NCBI GenBank assembly: GCA_963719315.1
Contig: CAVRBU010000004.1
Span: 384,001-448,000 of the forward strand
Length of the DNA: 64,000 nt
Reading direction: 5' to 3'
Source: an uncultured Planctomycetota bacterium
GTDB lineage: Bacteria; Planctomycetota; Planctomycetia; Pirellulales; Lacipirellulaceae
The notes under the pieces are model-generated. The model searched no databases. It saw nothing but the letters and a program-made list of their open reading frames with translations, and was not told the DNA's origin. A program made the position numbers and the translations under genes. Shown piece by piece: positions 49,524 through 59,195 of this stretch. Numbering within the stretch: the first letter of the stretch is position 1; the number at the start of each line of letters is the position of its first letter.

Positions 49524-49820
49524 ATGCGGGTGATAAGCCTGAAACTACTGCGAGAGTTTTGGGTAAAGCATCCCGATGCCGAGCGGCCGCTGCGTCTTTG
49601 GTATAAAGACGCGATCCAATCCGCTTGGCACAATCTGCATGAAGTTCGGCAAACGCTGCCGCATGCCGATGCTGTTGCCGCCGATGAAACTTTGACCGTT
49701 TTCAACATCGGTGGAAACAAATATCGGCTGATAGCGCGCATTCGCTACGATTACCAACTCGTCAACGTTCGAGCTGTGCTGACGCATAGCGAGTACGATG
49801 CAGGAAAGTGGAGAGATTAA
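49524..49820 (+). CDS. higB: HigB-family mRNA interferase toxin
   Basis: MRVIS..LREFW..HPDA, VFNIGGNKYRLI, LTHSEYD. Confidence 0.9.
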   Translation: MRVISLKLLREFWVKHPDAERPLRLWYKDAIQSAWHNLHEVRQTLPHADAVAADETLTVFNIGGNKYRLIARIRYDYQLVNVRAVLTHSEYDAGKWRD

Positions 49821-49825
49821 CAACA

Positions 49826-50254
49826 ATGCACGTTGTCAAAAAAGTGCGTCATCCGGCCCTTGCGGGGCGTTTTGAACAGTTGGCCGAAGTGCTGCCTCCA
49901 CAGGCGATTCGCGGCAACGCCCAATATCAAAAGTCGCTCGACATGATCGATCGCCTGATGTCGCGTAAGAAATTGACAAGTGGGCAGGCGCTCTACATGG
50001 AAACGCTCGTGCAGCTTGTTCAGGCTTACGAAGCGGAGCATCATGCGATCGATGTTGCGGATTTGGACGGCATTGACTCCTTGCGGCATCTGATGGCGGA
50101 GAACCACATGAATGCTTCGGATTTGGCGCGCCTACTAGGAGTCCACGCCAGCATGGGCTCGAAAATCCTCAAGGGCGAGCGATCGCTGACCCTGGATCAC
50201 GTGCAAAAGCTGGCAGCGCGATTCAAGGTTCGGCCGGAGTTGTTTATCAGTTAG
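49826..50254 (+). CDS. higA: HigA-family antitoxin (HTH)
   Basis: LVQAYEAEH, LRHLM, SKILKGERSLT..H..KLAARF; alternative GTG start at 49808. Confidence 0.88.
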   Translation: MHVVKKVRHPALAGRFEQLAEVLPPQAIRGNAQYQKSLDMIDRLMSRKKLTSGQALYMETLVQLVQAYEAEHHAIDVADLDGIDSLRHLMAENHMNASDLARLLGVHASMGSKILKGERSLTLDHVQKLAARFKVRPELFIS

Positions 50255-50777
50255 TGGAAGATTCAATCGACCATGAGTATTCAAGCTGATGATGAATTGA
50301 TCCCAAGATTTGTGGAGATATCTTGCAACCTATGGCTCCGCACTGCGACGATTTGCACATTGCGACAAAATGCGCGGTGCAAATAAAAAAATGATTTGAC
50401 AACAAAAGAGGTGGTTCGCATTCGCGATATCGGCTAAACTATGAACCGGTTGCATTGGACCGCCGTCTCGCCTCACTTCAACTAAACCAGTGCATATTTG
50501 GCGACGGCATGAATCGAACGCCGTACAGCAACGTCATCAACGAACACGCGCTCTATTTGCGGTTGTTCATCACGAACGGCGGCGGCTGGTAGTTTGTGCT
50601 TTGGGGGCGGAAATAGCGTTGTGTTGCCGCGCGGCGCACAGCGACTTCTGACTCGTTGCGGCTTGTGAAGTCGCGTTCGATCGGACGTGGGTTGGAGCCA
50701 AACCTGAACCACGAGAGTTATCGCGTTCATCGACTGATCGGCTTACAGGCGATCCGTCTCAACGAAAGGATTTGACC

Positions 50778-52118
50778 ATGTCCACTTTTAGCCCCGTTCG
50801 GATCATGATGATCTCCACGCACGGATACGTCGCCAAGGAACCGGAGTTAGGCAAGCCAGATACAGGTGGACAAGTCGTCTATGTCTTGGAGCTTTCCAAG
50901 TGCCTGGCAAGGATGGGTTTTATCGTCGATGTTTTGACGCGCCGCTTCGAGGATCAACCGTTCCAAGAAAGGATTAGCGACCGATTACGAGTCGTGCGGA
51001 TTCCCTGCGGCGGCGACGAATTCGTGCCCAAGGAAACGCTCTGCGAGTCGATTCCAGAATGGGTGGAGAACACGGTCCGCTGGACGCGGAGCGAGAAACT
51101 AAAATATAGCCTCATCAACAGCCATTATTGGGATGCTGGGTTGGCGGGGCAGGCGCTCGCGAACCGATTCGGGCTGCCGCATGTCCACACGCCCCATTCG
51201 ATCGGCGAATGGAAGCGTTTGAATATGGACGGAACCGCGAGTGAATTGGAAAAGAAATACAATTTCCGTAAACGAATCCGCGAGGAGAAGGTCGTCTACG
51301 ATGAGTGCGACTTGTTGGTCGCGACCACGCCGATGCAGCGCGATATTCTTTGCGCCAGCGTCTACGACGTGCCGACCGAAAAGATCCGCGTGATTCCACC
51401 CGGTTACGACGATCAGCGGTTCTTTCCAGTGTCGCGGTCTACGCGGCGGATGCTGAAGCAGGACCTTGGACTGGATGGTCCCGTGGTGCTTGCGCTCGGG
51501 CGAATTGCCAAGAACAAAGGGTACGACTTGCTGCTGCGCGCGATGCCTCCGGTGTTTCAGCGAATCCCCTCAGCGCGCCTGGTGCTGGCGGTTGGTTCGA
51601 CGTCGCCCAACGAGGCCGAAGCGGGAATGATTCGCGCGCTGCACGGGTTGGCCGCCGAATTGGGGATTTCCGATCGTGTCGTCTTCAACGACTTCATTGC
51701 GGACGATCAATTGGCGGATTACTACCGCGCGGCCGACGTATTCGCGCTCAGCAGCCGCTACGAACCGTTCGGCATGACGGCCATTGAAGCCATGGCCTGC
51801 GGCACGCCGACGGTCGTTACGACGGAAGGCGGCTTATGCGAGCAGGTGGCCTGGGGGATCGAGTCGTTGTATGCGAATCCCTTCGACACCGAAGCGTTTG
51901 GACACGCAATTGCCGCCATTTTGCAAAATCCGACCGTCGCGGGGCAACTGTCGAAGTTCGGACCGCGCAAGGCCCGCAGTCGCTTTACTTGGACCGGCGT
52001 TGCGCAACAGTTGTTATTCGCACTGGATAACCGCTGCGGCGAACGGGCCGAATCAGATAGCCGACACTTTGAGGAACTCGACGATTTAGTTGCGGAGGAG
52101 GCCGCGTGGAGCGTCTGA
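50778..52118 (+). CDS. mfpsA: GT4 glycosyltransferase, mannosylfructose-phosphate synthase / sucrose-phosphate synthase-like
   Basis: MISTHGYVA..LG..DTGGQVVYVLEL, INSHYWDAG, PPGYDD.RF.PVS, ALGR.A.NKGYDLL, SSRYEPFGMTAIEAM, FTWTG.AQQL. Confidence 0.72.
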   Translation: MSTFSPVRIMMISTHGYVAKEPELGKPDTGGQVVYVLELSKCLARMGFIVDVLTRRFEDQPFQERISDRLRVVRIPCGGDEFVPKETLCESIPEWVENTVRWTRSEKLKYSLINSHYWDAGLAGQALANRFGLPHVHTPHSIGEWKRLNMDGTASELEKKYNFRKRIREEKVVYDECDLLVATTPMQRDILCASVYDVPTEKIRVIPPGYDDQRFFPVSRSTRRMLKQDLGLDGPVVLALGRIAKNKGYDLLLRAMPPVFQRIPSARLVLAVGSTSPNEAEAGMIRALHGLAAELGISDRVVFNDFIADDQLADYYRAADVFALSSRYEPFGMTAIEAMACGTPTVVTTEGGLCEQVAWGIESLYANPFDTEAFGHAIAAILQNPTVAGQLSKFGPRKARSRFTWTGVAQQLLFALDNRCGERAESDSRHFEELDDLVAEEAAWSV

Positions 52119-52831
52119 AACTGCTCGTATCGGACTTGGATGGCACATTGTTGGGCGACGACGTTGCGCTCGACGGCTTCGCCGACTGGTACGATCGAAC
52201 CGAGGGACGCGTCGGTCTGATTTACTCGTCCGGCCGCTTTCTGAATTCGATTCGTGCTTCGATCGCGGAGAGCAATCTTCCGGAGCCGCGCGCCATCATC
52301 GGCGGCGTCGGCACGGAGATATTCGACAACGCGGCCGGCCGGCGGATCATCGGCTGGCCGACGATTTCATTCGGCTGGAATCCATATGTCGTGCGGTCAG
52401 CCTGTGCAACCTTTCGCGAACTTCAGGAGCAGCCGCAACACTTTGTGTCGCAATACAAAGTCAGCTTCTACGGTTACGATCTCGACGAGGCTTTCCTCAG
52501 TCGGTTGGCGGACGCGTTGGCGCAGGCCGACCAGGAAGTGGCGCTGGTGTACAGTTCGAATCGCGATCTGGACGTTCTTCCGGCCAAGACGAACAAGGGG
52601 ACGGCAGCCGCTTATCTCGCCGAGCGATGGGGAGTCGAGCGCGAGGACGTGATTGTGGCCGGCGATTCCGGGAATGACCGGGACATGTTTTGCGAAGGCT
52701 TTCGCGGAATCGTCGTGGGCAACGCTCAGCCCGAACTAAAGCAGTTGCACGACGAGCACATCTACCATGCCGCCGAGCCATACGCGGCGGGCGTCGTCGA
52801 AGGCCTGCTACATTGGCTCGAAGACGATTGA
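52106..52831 (+). CDS. HAD-IIB phosphatase (mannosylfructose-/sucrose-phosphate phosphatase-like)
   Basis: SDLDGTL, SSGR, YSSNRDLDVLP, NKG, GDSGND, VGNA. Confidence 0.85.
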   Translation: MERLKLLVSDLDGTLLGDDVALDGFADWYDRTEGRVGLIYSSGRFLNSIRASIAESNLPEPRAIIGGVGTEIFDNAAGRRIIGWPTISFGWNPYVVRSACATFRELQEQPQHFVSQYKVSFYGYDLDEAFLSRLADALAQADQEVALVYSSNRDLDVLPAKTNKGTAAAYLAERWGVEREDVIVAGDSGNDRDMFCEGFRGIVVGNAQPELKQLHDEHIYHAAEPYAAGVVEGLLHWLEDD

Positions 52832-52840
52832 AAACGATCG

Positions 52841-54133
52841 CTACACGCGATCGATCGAAGCCGGATCGAGATGCAGGTCGTGGCAGGCACGGATGAAGCT
52901 GGCGGCGCTCCAAGCTTGAAACGCCTTGCCCATGGGGCGGCCCGTGACTCCGTGGTGCCACTCGTTGAATTCCCACTCGTGACTGATGCCTTGCGAGCAA
53001 AGTTGGGCCAGCTTGACGAGCTCGCGGCGGGCCAGATCGGTCAATTCGAGCTTGTGAATGAACCGCACCCACAACCCGCCGACAAACGGCCAAATGCCTC
53101 CGTTGTGATAGTGGTTGGGCAAGTTCAACAAATTAACGGTAAAGTAATCGCGCCACTCGGGATCGCCGGATTGGATCGGCGGATAGACGTTTTTCACCGG
53201 CCAGGGTTCGTTGATGCCGCTGCCCCACATGAAGTGAAACGTCATCATCGCCCGCTCTTTGTCGAGCAGGTCGGACAAAAAAGCCATGATGTTGCCGTAT
53301 ACATCGCATCGCCAACTATAACTGAACGGCGACACTTGAGCGACTAAGTAACGCGCATCCCCCAATTCGAATTGTGCGTCGCTGAACTGTGGGGCCGGGT
53401 CCAAATCCCGGCGAGTCGAGGGCCAGAAGCTCTTCAGGATGACGCGCCGCACGCGCTCGGCCAACCGCTCGTAGTCATTTGCCCGTGCTTCATCGCCGCG
53501 CTGCCGCAGCATTTTTGTGTAGTACACCAAGCAGCGAAACCACAGCACCTCGTCGTAGAGGATGTGATAACTGCGGGCGAACAAATCGGTCCAATCGCCG
53601 GCTTCGGGGATTTCGAGCATTCCGCAATTGTTGGCATCGAGCCCGCTGAGCCAATCCATCGCCCTTTGGAGCTGCTTGGAATACTCCTCGATGAGGGAGT
53701 AATCATTTTGCGCGTGACAATACCGCCAAACGGCGACAAACATCCACAACGCGCTGTCGATCGAAGTGATTCCGCCCACTCCACCGTACTCCGGCCTCCC
53801 ATCTTCCAGGGCCACGTATGCCGGCAGTTGTCCGGCCGGGCCTTGGTGATCGAGGATTGTGCGGAGCGTCTGTTCCTGGCATCGTCGAATGTCGTCATCC
53901 TCCAGATCGGAGGTCCACACGACGCATTTGGCGCCGTCGCGCGCCCAGATGCCGCGATAGTTCGCGTCGGTGCCGACGACTCGATTGTCGGCAATGGAAC
54001 ACGGAGAAAACCCGATCGGAGTAATATTGCGGCGAATGGCTTCGATCGCGCGTTCGTAGCCCTCCCGCAGGAGCGATTGGTCGGTTGGCGTTAGCTGCTT
54101 ATACTCGCTAGGGTCAAATAGAATTCGCTTCAT
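52841..54133 (-). CDS. GH100 / amylo-alpha-1,6-glucosidase-like glycoside hydrolase (invertase-like)
   Basis: NY..IWARD, IDSALW, EAGDWTD, YHNGGIWPF, FNEW.HG.TG, QAWSAA. Confidence 0.8.
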   Translation of the reverse strand: MKRILFDPSEYKQLTPTDQSLLREGYERAIEAIRRNITPIGFSPCSIADNRVVGTDANYRGIWARDGAKCVVWTSDLEDDDIRRCQEQTLRTILDHQGPAGQLPAYVALEDGRPEYGGVGGITSIDSALWMFVAVWRYCHAQNDYSLIEEYSKQLQRAMDWLSGLDANNCGMLEIPEAGDWTDLFARSYHILYDEVLWFRCLVYYTKMLRQRGDEARANDYERLAERVRRVILKSFWPSTRRDLDPAPQFSDAQFELGDARYLVAQVSPFSYSWRCDVYGNIMAFLSDLLDKERAMMTFHFMWGSGINEPWPVKNVYPPIQSGDPEWRDYFTVNLLNLPNHYHNGGIWPFVGGLWVRFIHKLELTDLARRELVKLAQLCSQGISHEWEFNEWHHGVTGRPMGKAFQAWSAASFIRACHDLHLDPASIDRV

Positions 54134-54519
54134 CAACTAATGGGCCTTCTGAGCTCTGTGAGGACGAGAACCGTTGATTCAGTTTAGCGCATCGCAAGTC
54201 TTGCCGACGACCTTGCATTATGAGGATGCCGCCCCGCGTGGCAAGTCACATCCAAATCACTGATAGCAGCCGAAGACCACCGCGCATGGTTTTGCCAAAC
54301 GACCTCCGGACGCACTCTGCGCGGGGTTTGGCATTCTAGTTTTCGAGAGAATTTGGCCTGCCCTGACTGCCGGGCGGCTGCTAGAATTTCGGCCGCGAAC
54401 CAAAATTGAAGTGAGCCGTCTTTGAGGAGTGTGGCCCTGGGGTCGGCGATGCGCAGCATCGCGGCTATTGGGTTGCGTTCGACTTCACTGATTCCCCCCT
54501 CCCCTGCCCCTTCCCTGCC

Positions 54520-55548
54520 GTGGCGCATCTGGCGTTTATCTTCTGTTGTGCTGTTTGGGGCACGTCGTTCATTCTGCTGGAGCGGGTGACGCATGTGATG
54601 GGGCCGGTGGAGATCTGCATTTGGCGGATGTTCAGTGGGGCCGCCGTCGTGGGACTTTGCTGGTGGGTCAATCGCGATGCCTATCGTATCCGGCGGCGCG
54701 ATCTGGCGTTGATGGCGATGTCATCGCTGCTGTTTACGTTACCCGCGTCGGTGATTCAGGTATACGTTCTGTCACAGGGTTTTGGGCACAGCTTCTTCGG
54801 AACCATGGTGGCGGCGATTCCGCTGCTGACGATTCTGGTATCGGTTCCCATGCTGGGTGTGTTGCCGACGGGCCGCGAGTTGTTCGGCGTGCTCGGTGGG
54901 CTGGCTTGCATTTTCATGCTGGTGGAAGACGGCGTGCATCGAGGGATGTCGCTGGGGCTGCTGGCGCTGACGTTGCTGATTCCGCTTTCGTCGGCGCTCA
55001 ACAACACGTTCATCAAGCGTCAGTTGCCGCACGTGCCGGCGGCTGCGCTCACGGCGACGTTGCTCCTCGTGGCCGGCACGGCGCTTGTGCCGTTGCAGAT
55101 GTCGCCTACTTTAATGGCTTCGTTGCATATCGCCGCTCCGAGCGGTGCGGCCGTGACGGTTGATGCGATCGCGTACCTCGCGCTCCTGGGTGTCGTCGGC
55201 AGCGGCATTTCGACGATGGTGTTCGTGTGGATGGTGCTCGAACGCGGGCCTTTGTTTGCGAGTATGACGACTTACGTGGTGCCGGTGCTCGCACTGCTCT
55301 GGGGCACGTTCGATCATGAGTCGATCGGTCCCGCGCAAATTGCGGCGATTGCCGGTGTGCTGACCATGGTCGCGCTCGTGCAAACGGGCGCCAAATCGGG
55401 CGACGACGTGTTGGAGCCGTGTGCGGCGGGCGATGTAGTTACGTCGTTGCCGTTGTCGGCCGAGGTGGACCAGATGGTGTCGCTGCCGGCACAGGAAATC
55501 CCGCTGACTGACCCGCTGGCGTCGCAGCCGGAATCGCAGGTTGCGTGA
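54520..55548 (+). CDS. DMT/EamA family transporter
   Basis: VWGTSF, about ten TM helices, TYVVPVLALLWG..DHE. Confidence 0.82.
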   Translation: MAHLAFIFCCAVWGTSFILLERVTHVMGPVEICIWRMFSGAAVVGLCWWVNRDAYRIRRRDLALMAMSSLLFTLPASVIQVYVLSQGFGHSFFGTMVAAIPLLTILVSVPMLGVLPTGRELFGVLGGLACIFMLVEDGVHRGMSLGLLALTLLIPLSSALNNTFIKRQLPHVPAAALTATLLLVAGTALVPLQMSPTLMASLHIAAPSGAAVTVDAIAYLALLGVVGSGISTMVFVWMVLERGPLFASMTTYVVPVLALLWGTFDHESIGPAQIAAIAGVLTMVALVQTGAKSGDDVLEPCAAGDVVTSLPLSAEVDQMVSLPAQEIPLTDPLASQPESQVA

Positions 55549-55671
55549 CTGTAGCAAGAACGCTCCGCGTGCCCTAGCATTGATTGTCGATGGCATTATC
55601 GGCAACAATGTGTTCTGGGTTACACGATACCTTCTTCAAGCGAACGGCATGCGGGGCATGCCTGACACTCT

Positions 55672-56834
55672 ATGCACCCTTGGCTGGCCGAGCGTACCGC
55701 GGAATTTGACAGTTCGGGCATCCGCAAGGTGTTCGACCTCGCGGCCAAGATGAAGAACCCGATCAATCTTTCGATCGGGCAACCGGATTTTCCGGTACCG
55801 GATGCAGTCAAAGAGGCAGCCATCGCGGCCATTCGCGGCGATAAGAACGGCTACAGCCAGACGCAGGGGATTCCCGAGTTGCGCGCTAAGTTGCAAGCAG
55901 CGGTTGATACGCGGCATCAACATTCCGACCGAAAAGTGTTGGTGACGTCGGGGACGAGCGGAGCCTTGGTGTTGGCCGTGCTGGCGATGGTGAACCCGGG
56001 CGACGAAGTGATCGTGTTCGATCCGTACTTCGTAATGTACCCGGCGCTCGTGGGGATGGTCGGCGGCCGGTGCGTGACGATCGACACGTATCCAGATTTT
56101 CGGATCGATCCGGATCGCGTGGCGGCGGCGATCACGCCGCGGACGAAAATGATTCTGCTGAACAGCCCGGCGAACCCGACGGGAGCGGTGGCGGGCGAAG
56201 CGGAATTGCGGTCGCTGGCGGCGCTCGCGGCCAAGCACAATATCGCGCTCGTGAGCGACGAGATCTATCGCGAGTTTTGTTACGATGCGCCGTTCGTGAG
56301 CCCGGCATCGTGGAACGAGCAGACGATTGTTGTGGATGGGTTCAGCAAGACGTACGGCGTCACCGGTTGGCGGCTGGGATTCGTCCACGGGCCGGCGGCG
56401 ATCATTGACAAGTTAACGATGATTCAACAATACACGTTTGTGTGTGCACCGCATCCGCTGCAATTGGCGGCTGTGGCGGCGCTCGATGTGGATATGAACT
56501 CGCACATCGAGGCGTACCGGCGGAAGCGCGACCGGATTGTGGCCGGACTCTCGGAGGCGGGGTACAACGTGGTGAAGCCTGGGGGCGCGTTTTATGTGTT
56601 TTCCGAGGCGCTAGGAACACTGGCGGAGCCAGTGGCACGCGAAATAGCACTGGCGGAGCCGGTGGCACACGGGAAAGTGCAAGCGAGTTTGTGGCTCGCG
56701 CGATTCAGAAGGAATTGCTCATCATCCCGGGCGATATTTTCAGCGAGCGCGATACGCACTTTCGCCTTTCTTACGCGGCCAGCGACGAGACGATCGAACG
56801 CGGCTTGGAAGTATTGCGCCGGCTAGCGCAATAA
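55672..56834 (+). CDS. Class I/II PLP-dependent aminotransferase; frameshift near 56610
   Basis: LSIGQPDF, NSPANPTG, SDEIY, GFSKTYGVTGWRLG, GAFYVF; other frame gives IIPGDIFS..HFRLSYA. Confidence 0.88.
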
Positions 56835-56860
56835 AAAGCCCTCGGCTTGCGCCGAGGGCT
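56832..56860 (-). terminator. Intrinsic terminator between convergent genes (T run on minus strand, for clpX)
   Basis: AAAAA then GCCCTCGGC-TTGC-GCCGAGGGCT perfect stem. Confidence 0.8.
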
Positions 56861-56911
56861 GGTTATGGCATTCAATTCCGCGCCGGGACGCCCGCGGTAT
56901 TTTGTTAACGT

Positions 56912-58192
56912 TTAAGCGCTCTTCGTTTGCGGCTGCTCGAACGCCGGCTTTTTGCCGTGGACGATGTCGTCGGTGATCACGTAGCGGCTGCCGCGCGGTT
57001 GCTCGGGCAGGTCGAACATGATGTCGAGCATCACCTGTTCGATGATCGACCGCAAGCCACGGGCGCCCGTTTCTCGTTCCTGGGCCTTCTTGGCGATGGC
57101 CCGGAGGGCGTGGTCCGTGAACTGCAGGTCGGCTTCTTCCATCGAGAACAGCCGTTCGTACTGCTTGGTGAGCGCGTTCTTGGGCTCGGTGAGGACTCGC
57201 ACGAGCGCTTCCTCATCGAGGGGCGTGAGCGCGCTGATGACGGGCAACCGGCCGACGAGCTCGGGGATCATGCCAAACTCGATCAAATCGTCTGCATTCA
57301 CATACGGCAGCGACTCGGCCAGACCCAGGTCGGTGTGCGACTTGGAATCTTGCGTGAAGCCGATCGACCGCTTGCCGAGGCGTTTGCGGATGATGTCGTC
57401 CACGCCGGTGAAGGTGCCGCCGCAGATAAACAAGATATTCGTGGTGTCGATCTGGATGTACTGCTGCTCAGGGTGCTTGCGGCCGCCTTGGGGCGGCACG
57501 TTGGCCGTAGTGCCTTCAAGCATCTTGAGCAACGCTTGTTGCACGCCTTCGCCGGAAACATCGCGCGTGATGGAGACGTTCTGGCTCGTCTTGCCGATCT
57601 TGTCGATTTCGTCGATATAGAGCACGCCGCGTTGGGCGGCCTCGATATCGAAATCGGCGGCGTGGAGTAGTTTCAAGAGCAGGTTTTCAACGTCTTCGCC
57701 GACGTAGCCCGCTTCGGTAAGCGTGGTGGCGTCGCCGATGGCGAACGGCACGTTCAGGCTCTTGGCCAAGGTGCGGGCGAGCAATGTCTTGCCGCAACCG
57801 GTCGGGCCGACGAGTAAAATGTTCGACTTGTCGATTTCAACGTCCGACTCATCCTCGGCCGCAACCAGCCGCTTGTAGTGGCTGTGAACTGCGACCGACA
57901 GAACTCTCTTCGCCTGATCCTGGCCGATGACGTACTCGCCCAGCTGCTCCATGATTTCGCGGGGCGTGGGGATGCGCGTAAAAAGTTGTTTGCTCGTACC
58001 GCGGCGTTTGCGTTCCTGGTCGAGGATACTCTGGCAAAGCTCGATGCATTCGCCGCAAATGTAAACGTCGCCCGGTCCTTCGACCAGAGGTCCAACGTCT
58101 CGATAACTTTTGCGACAGAACGAACAGAACGCGTTCTTCTTGGTTGTGCCGCCGCGGCGTGTTGTGCCGCTGATGTCCCGGCCAGTTGGCAT
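56912..58192 (-). CDS. clpX: ATP-dependent Clp protease ATP-binding subunit ClpX
   Basis: CSFC..C.EC zinc finger, [27 protein letters not shown]. Confidence 0.97.
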   Translation of the reverse strand: MPTGRDISGTTRRGGTTKKNAFCSFCRKSYRDVGPLVEGPGDVYICGECIELCQSILDQERKRRGTSKQLFTRIPTPREIMEQLGEYVIGQDQAKRVLSVAVHSHYKRLVAAEDESDVEIDKSNILLVGPTGCGKTLLARTLAKSLNVPFAIGDATTLTEAGYVGEDVENLLLKLLHAADFDIEAAQRGVLYIDEIDKIGKTSQNVSITRDVSGEGVQQALLKMLEGTTANVPPQGGRKHPEQQYIQIDTTNILFICGGTFTGVDDIIRKRLGKRSIGFTQDSKSHTDLGLAESLPYVNADDLIEFGMIPELVGRLPVISALTPLDEEALVRVLTEPKNALTKQYERLFSMEEADLQFTDHALRAIAKKAQERETGARGLRSIIEQVMLDIMFDLPEQPRGSRYVITDDIVHGKKPAFEQPQTKSA

Positions 58193-58583
58193 TCAAAACT
58201 CCTTCCGGTTGACGACAATTTCGAGCGAACGTTCGCACGAAGTCAATTGTCGCCTGATCTATCCTGTGGTGTCACTCGCTCAAGGCGAACCAGGTTCGAT
58301 GGTTGATGCCGTTCGGTGGTCTACTTCCCTACCACAGCGTAGGAGGCGCATCATCCTGTTTCGAACCGTTCGCACGCGTGCGTCCGGAGGAGCTTCCTTG
58401 TCCCCAGTTGCCGTTCGTGCCGCGGCGGACTCCGCCGCGACAACTTCCAAATCACGTTACTCACTACGTCACAGTGGCGGTCGTCGTTCGCCGATCAAAA
58501 CTCGTTGATCCGCCGACCGCCTGCTGGCACGCTCGCGTCAATCGCGTCAGGCGGTTCTGCCGGAGCGATCGTTGCTGGCGTGC

Positions 58584-58847
58584 CTAACTCGTCTCGTCGT
58601 TATCATTTAGCGTCGCATCGAGCTGACTTGCTAGCTTCGTTTTAATTGTTCGGTATTCGCCGTCGCTTAGACCACCTCGGTCGTGCAGTTCTCGGAATTT
58701 TGTGAGCAATTCACTAGGTGTTGGTTGGGCGTCGTAGGAACCACCGCGCCACTTTCTCAAAAGGACGATCGCCAGCGCGGATAAAGCGAATATTACCGCA
58801 AACCACAAAGCTGCCTGTGACAACGGATGACGAAACAATTCGGACAT
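58584..58847 (-). CDS. Small membrane protein with SHOCT-like tail
   Basis: TM helix then LLTKFRELHDRGGLSDGEYRTIK. Confidence 0.65.
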   Translation of the reverse strand: MSELFRHPLSQAALWFAVIFALSALAIVLLRKWRGGSYDAQPTPSELLTKFRELHDRGGLSDGEYRTIKTKLASQLDATLNDNDETS

Positions 58848-58953
58848 GCCACCCGCTCGGCGTGCCGATGCCTTGGTTTGCTAGCTGGCCATCTTCGCCC
58901 AACCGATACATTATGCGCCGGCAACAAAAATAGGTCCAGAACGAAGACATTTG

Positions 58954-59075
58954 GATGGTGTCCTAATTTGGCACCGTTCGGACCGGAACTATGTAGCACG
59001 GACTTCAGTCCGTACGAGAATCACGGACTGAAGTCCGTGCTACAAGCTTGTTGTGCCGCAAATTAGGACACTACC
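58954..59075. mobile_element. 122-bp MITE with internal REP doublet, copy 3
   Basis: GATGGTGTCCTAATTTG / CAAATTAGGACACTACC; flanks GACATTTG and GCCATTCG (6/8). Confidence 0.88.
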
Positions 59076-59195
59076 GCCATTCGCACCGGTTTGACCGTGT
59101 ATGCCAGCGGGTTTGCCGTGCAGACCAACTTCCGGCTGTCCCGATAAGGATTCAGGGAGCATGCGCGATTTCATCAGGGTGCGGGCGGAAGCGGA

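Noticed and set aside
58200..58580. Possible ncRNA or ORF upstream of clpX
   Set aside because: No recognisable RNA family and no convincing ORF; cannot be supported by eye
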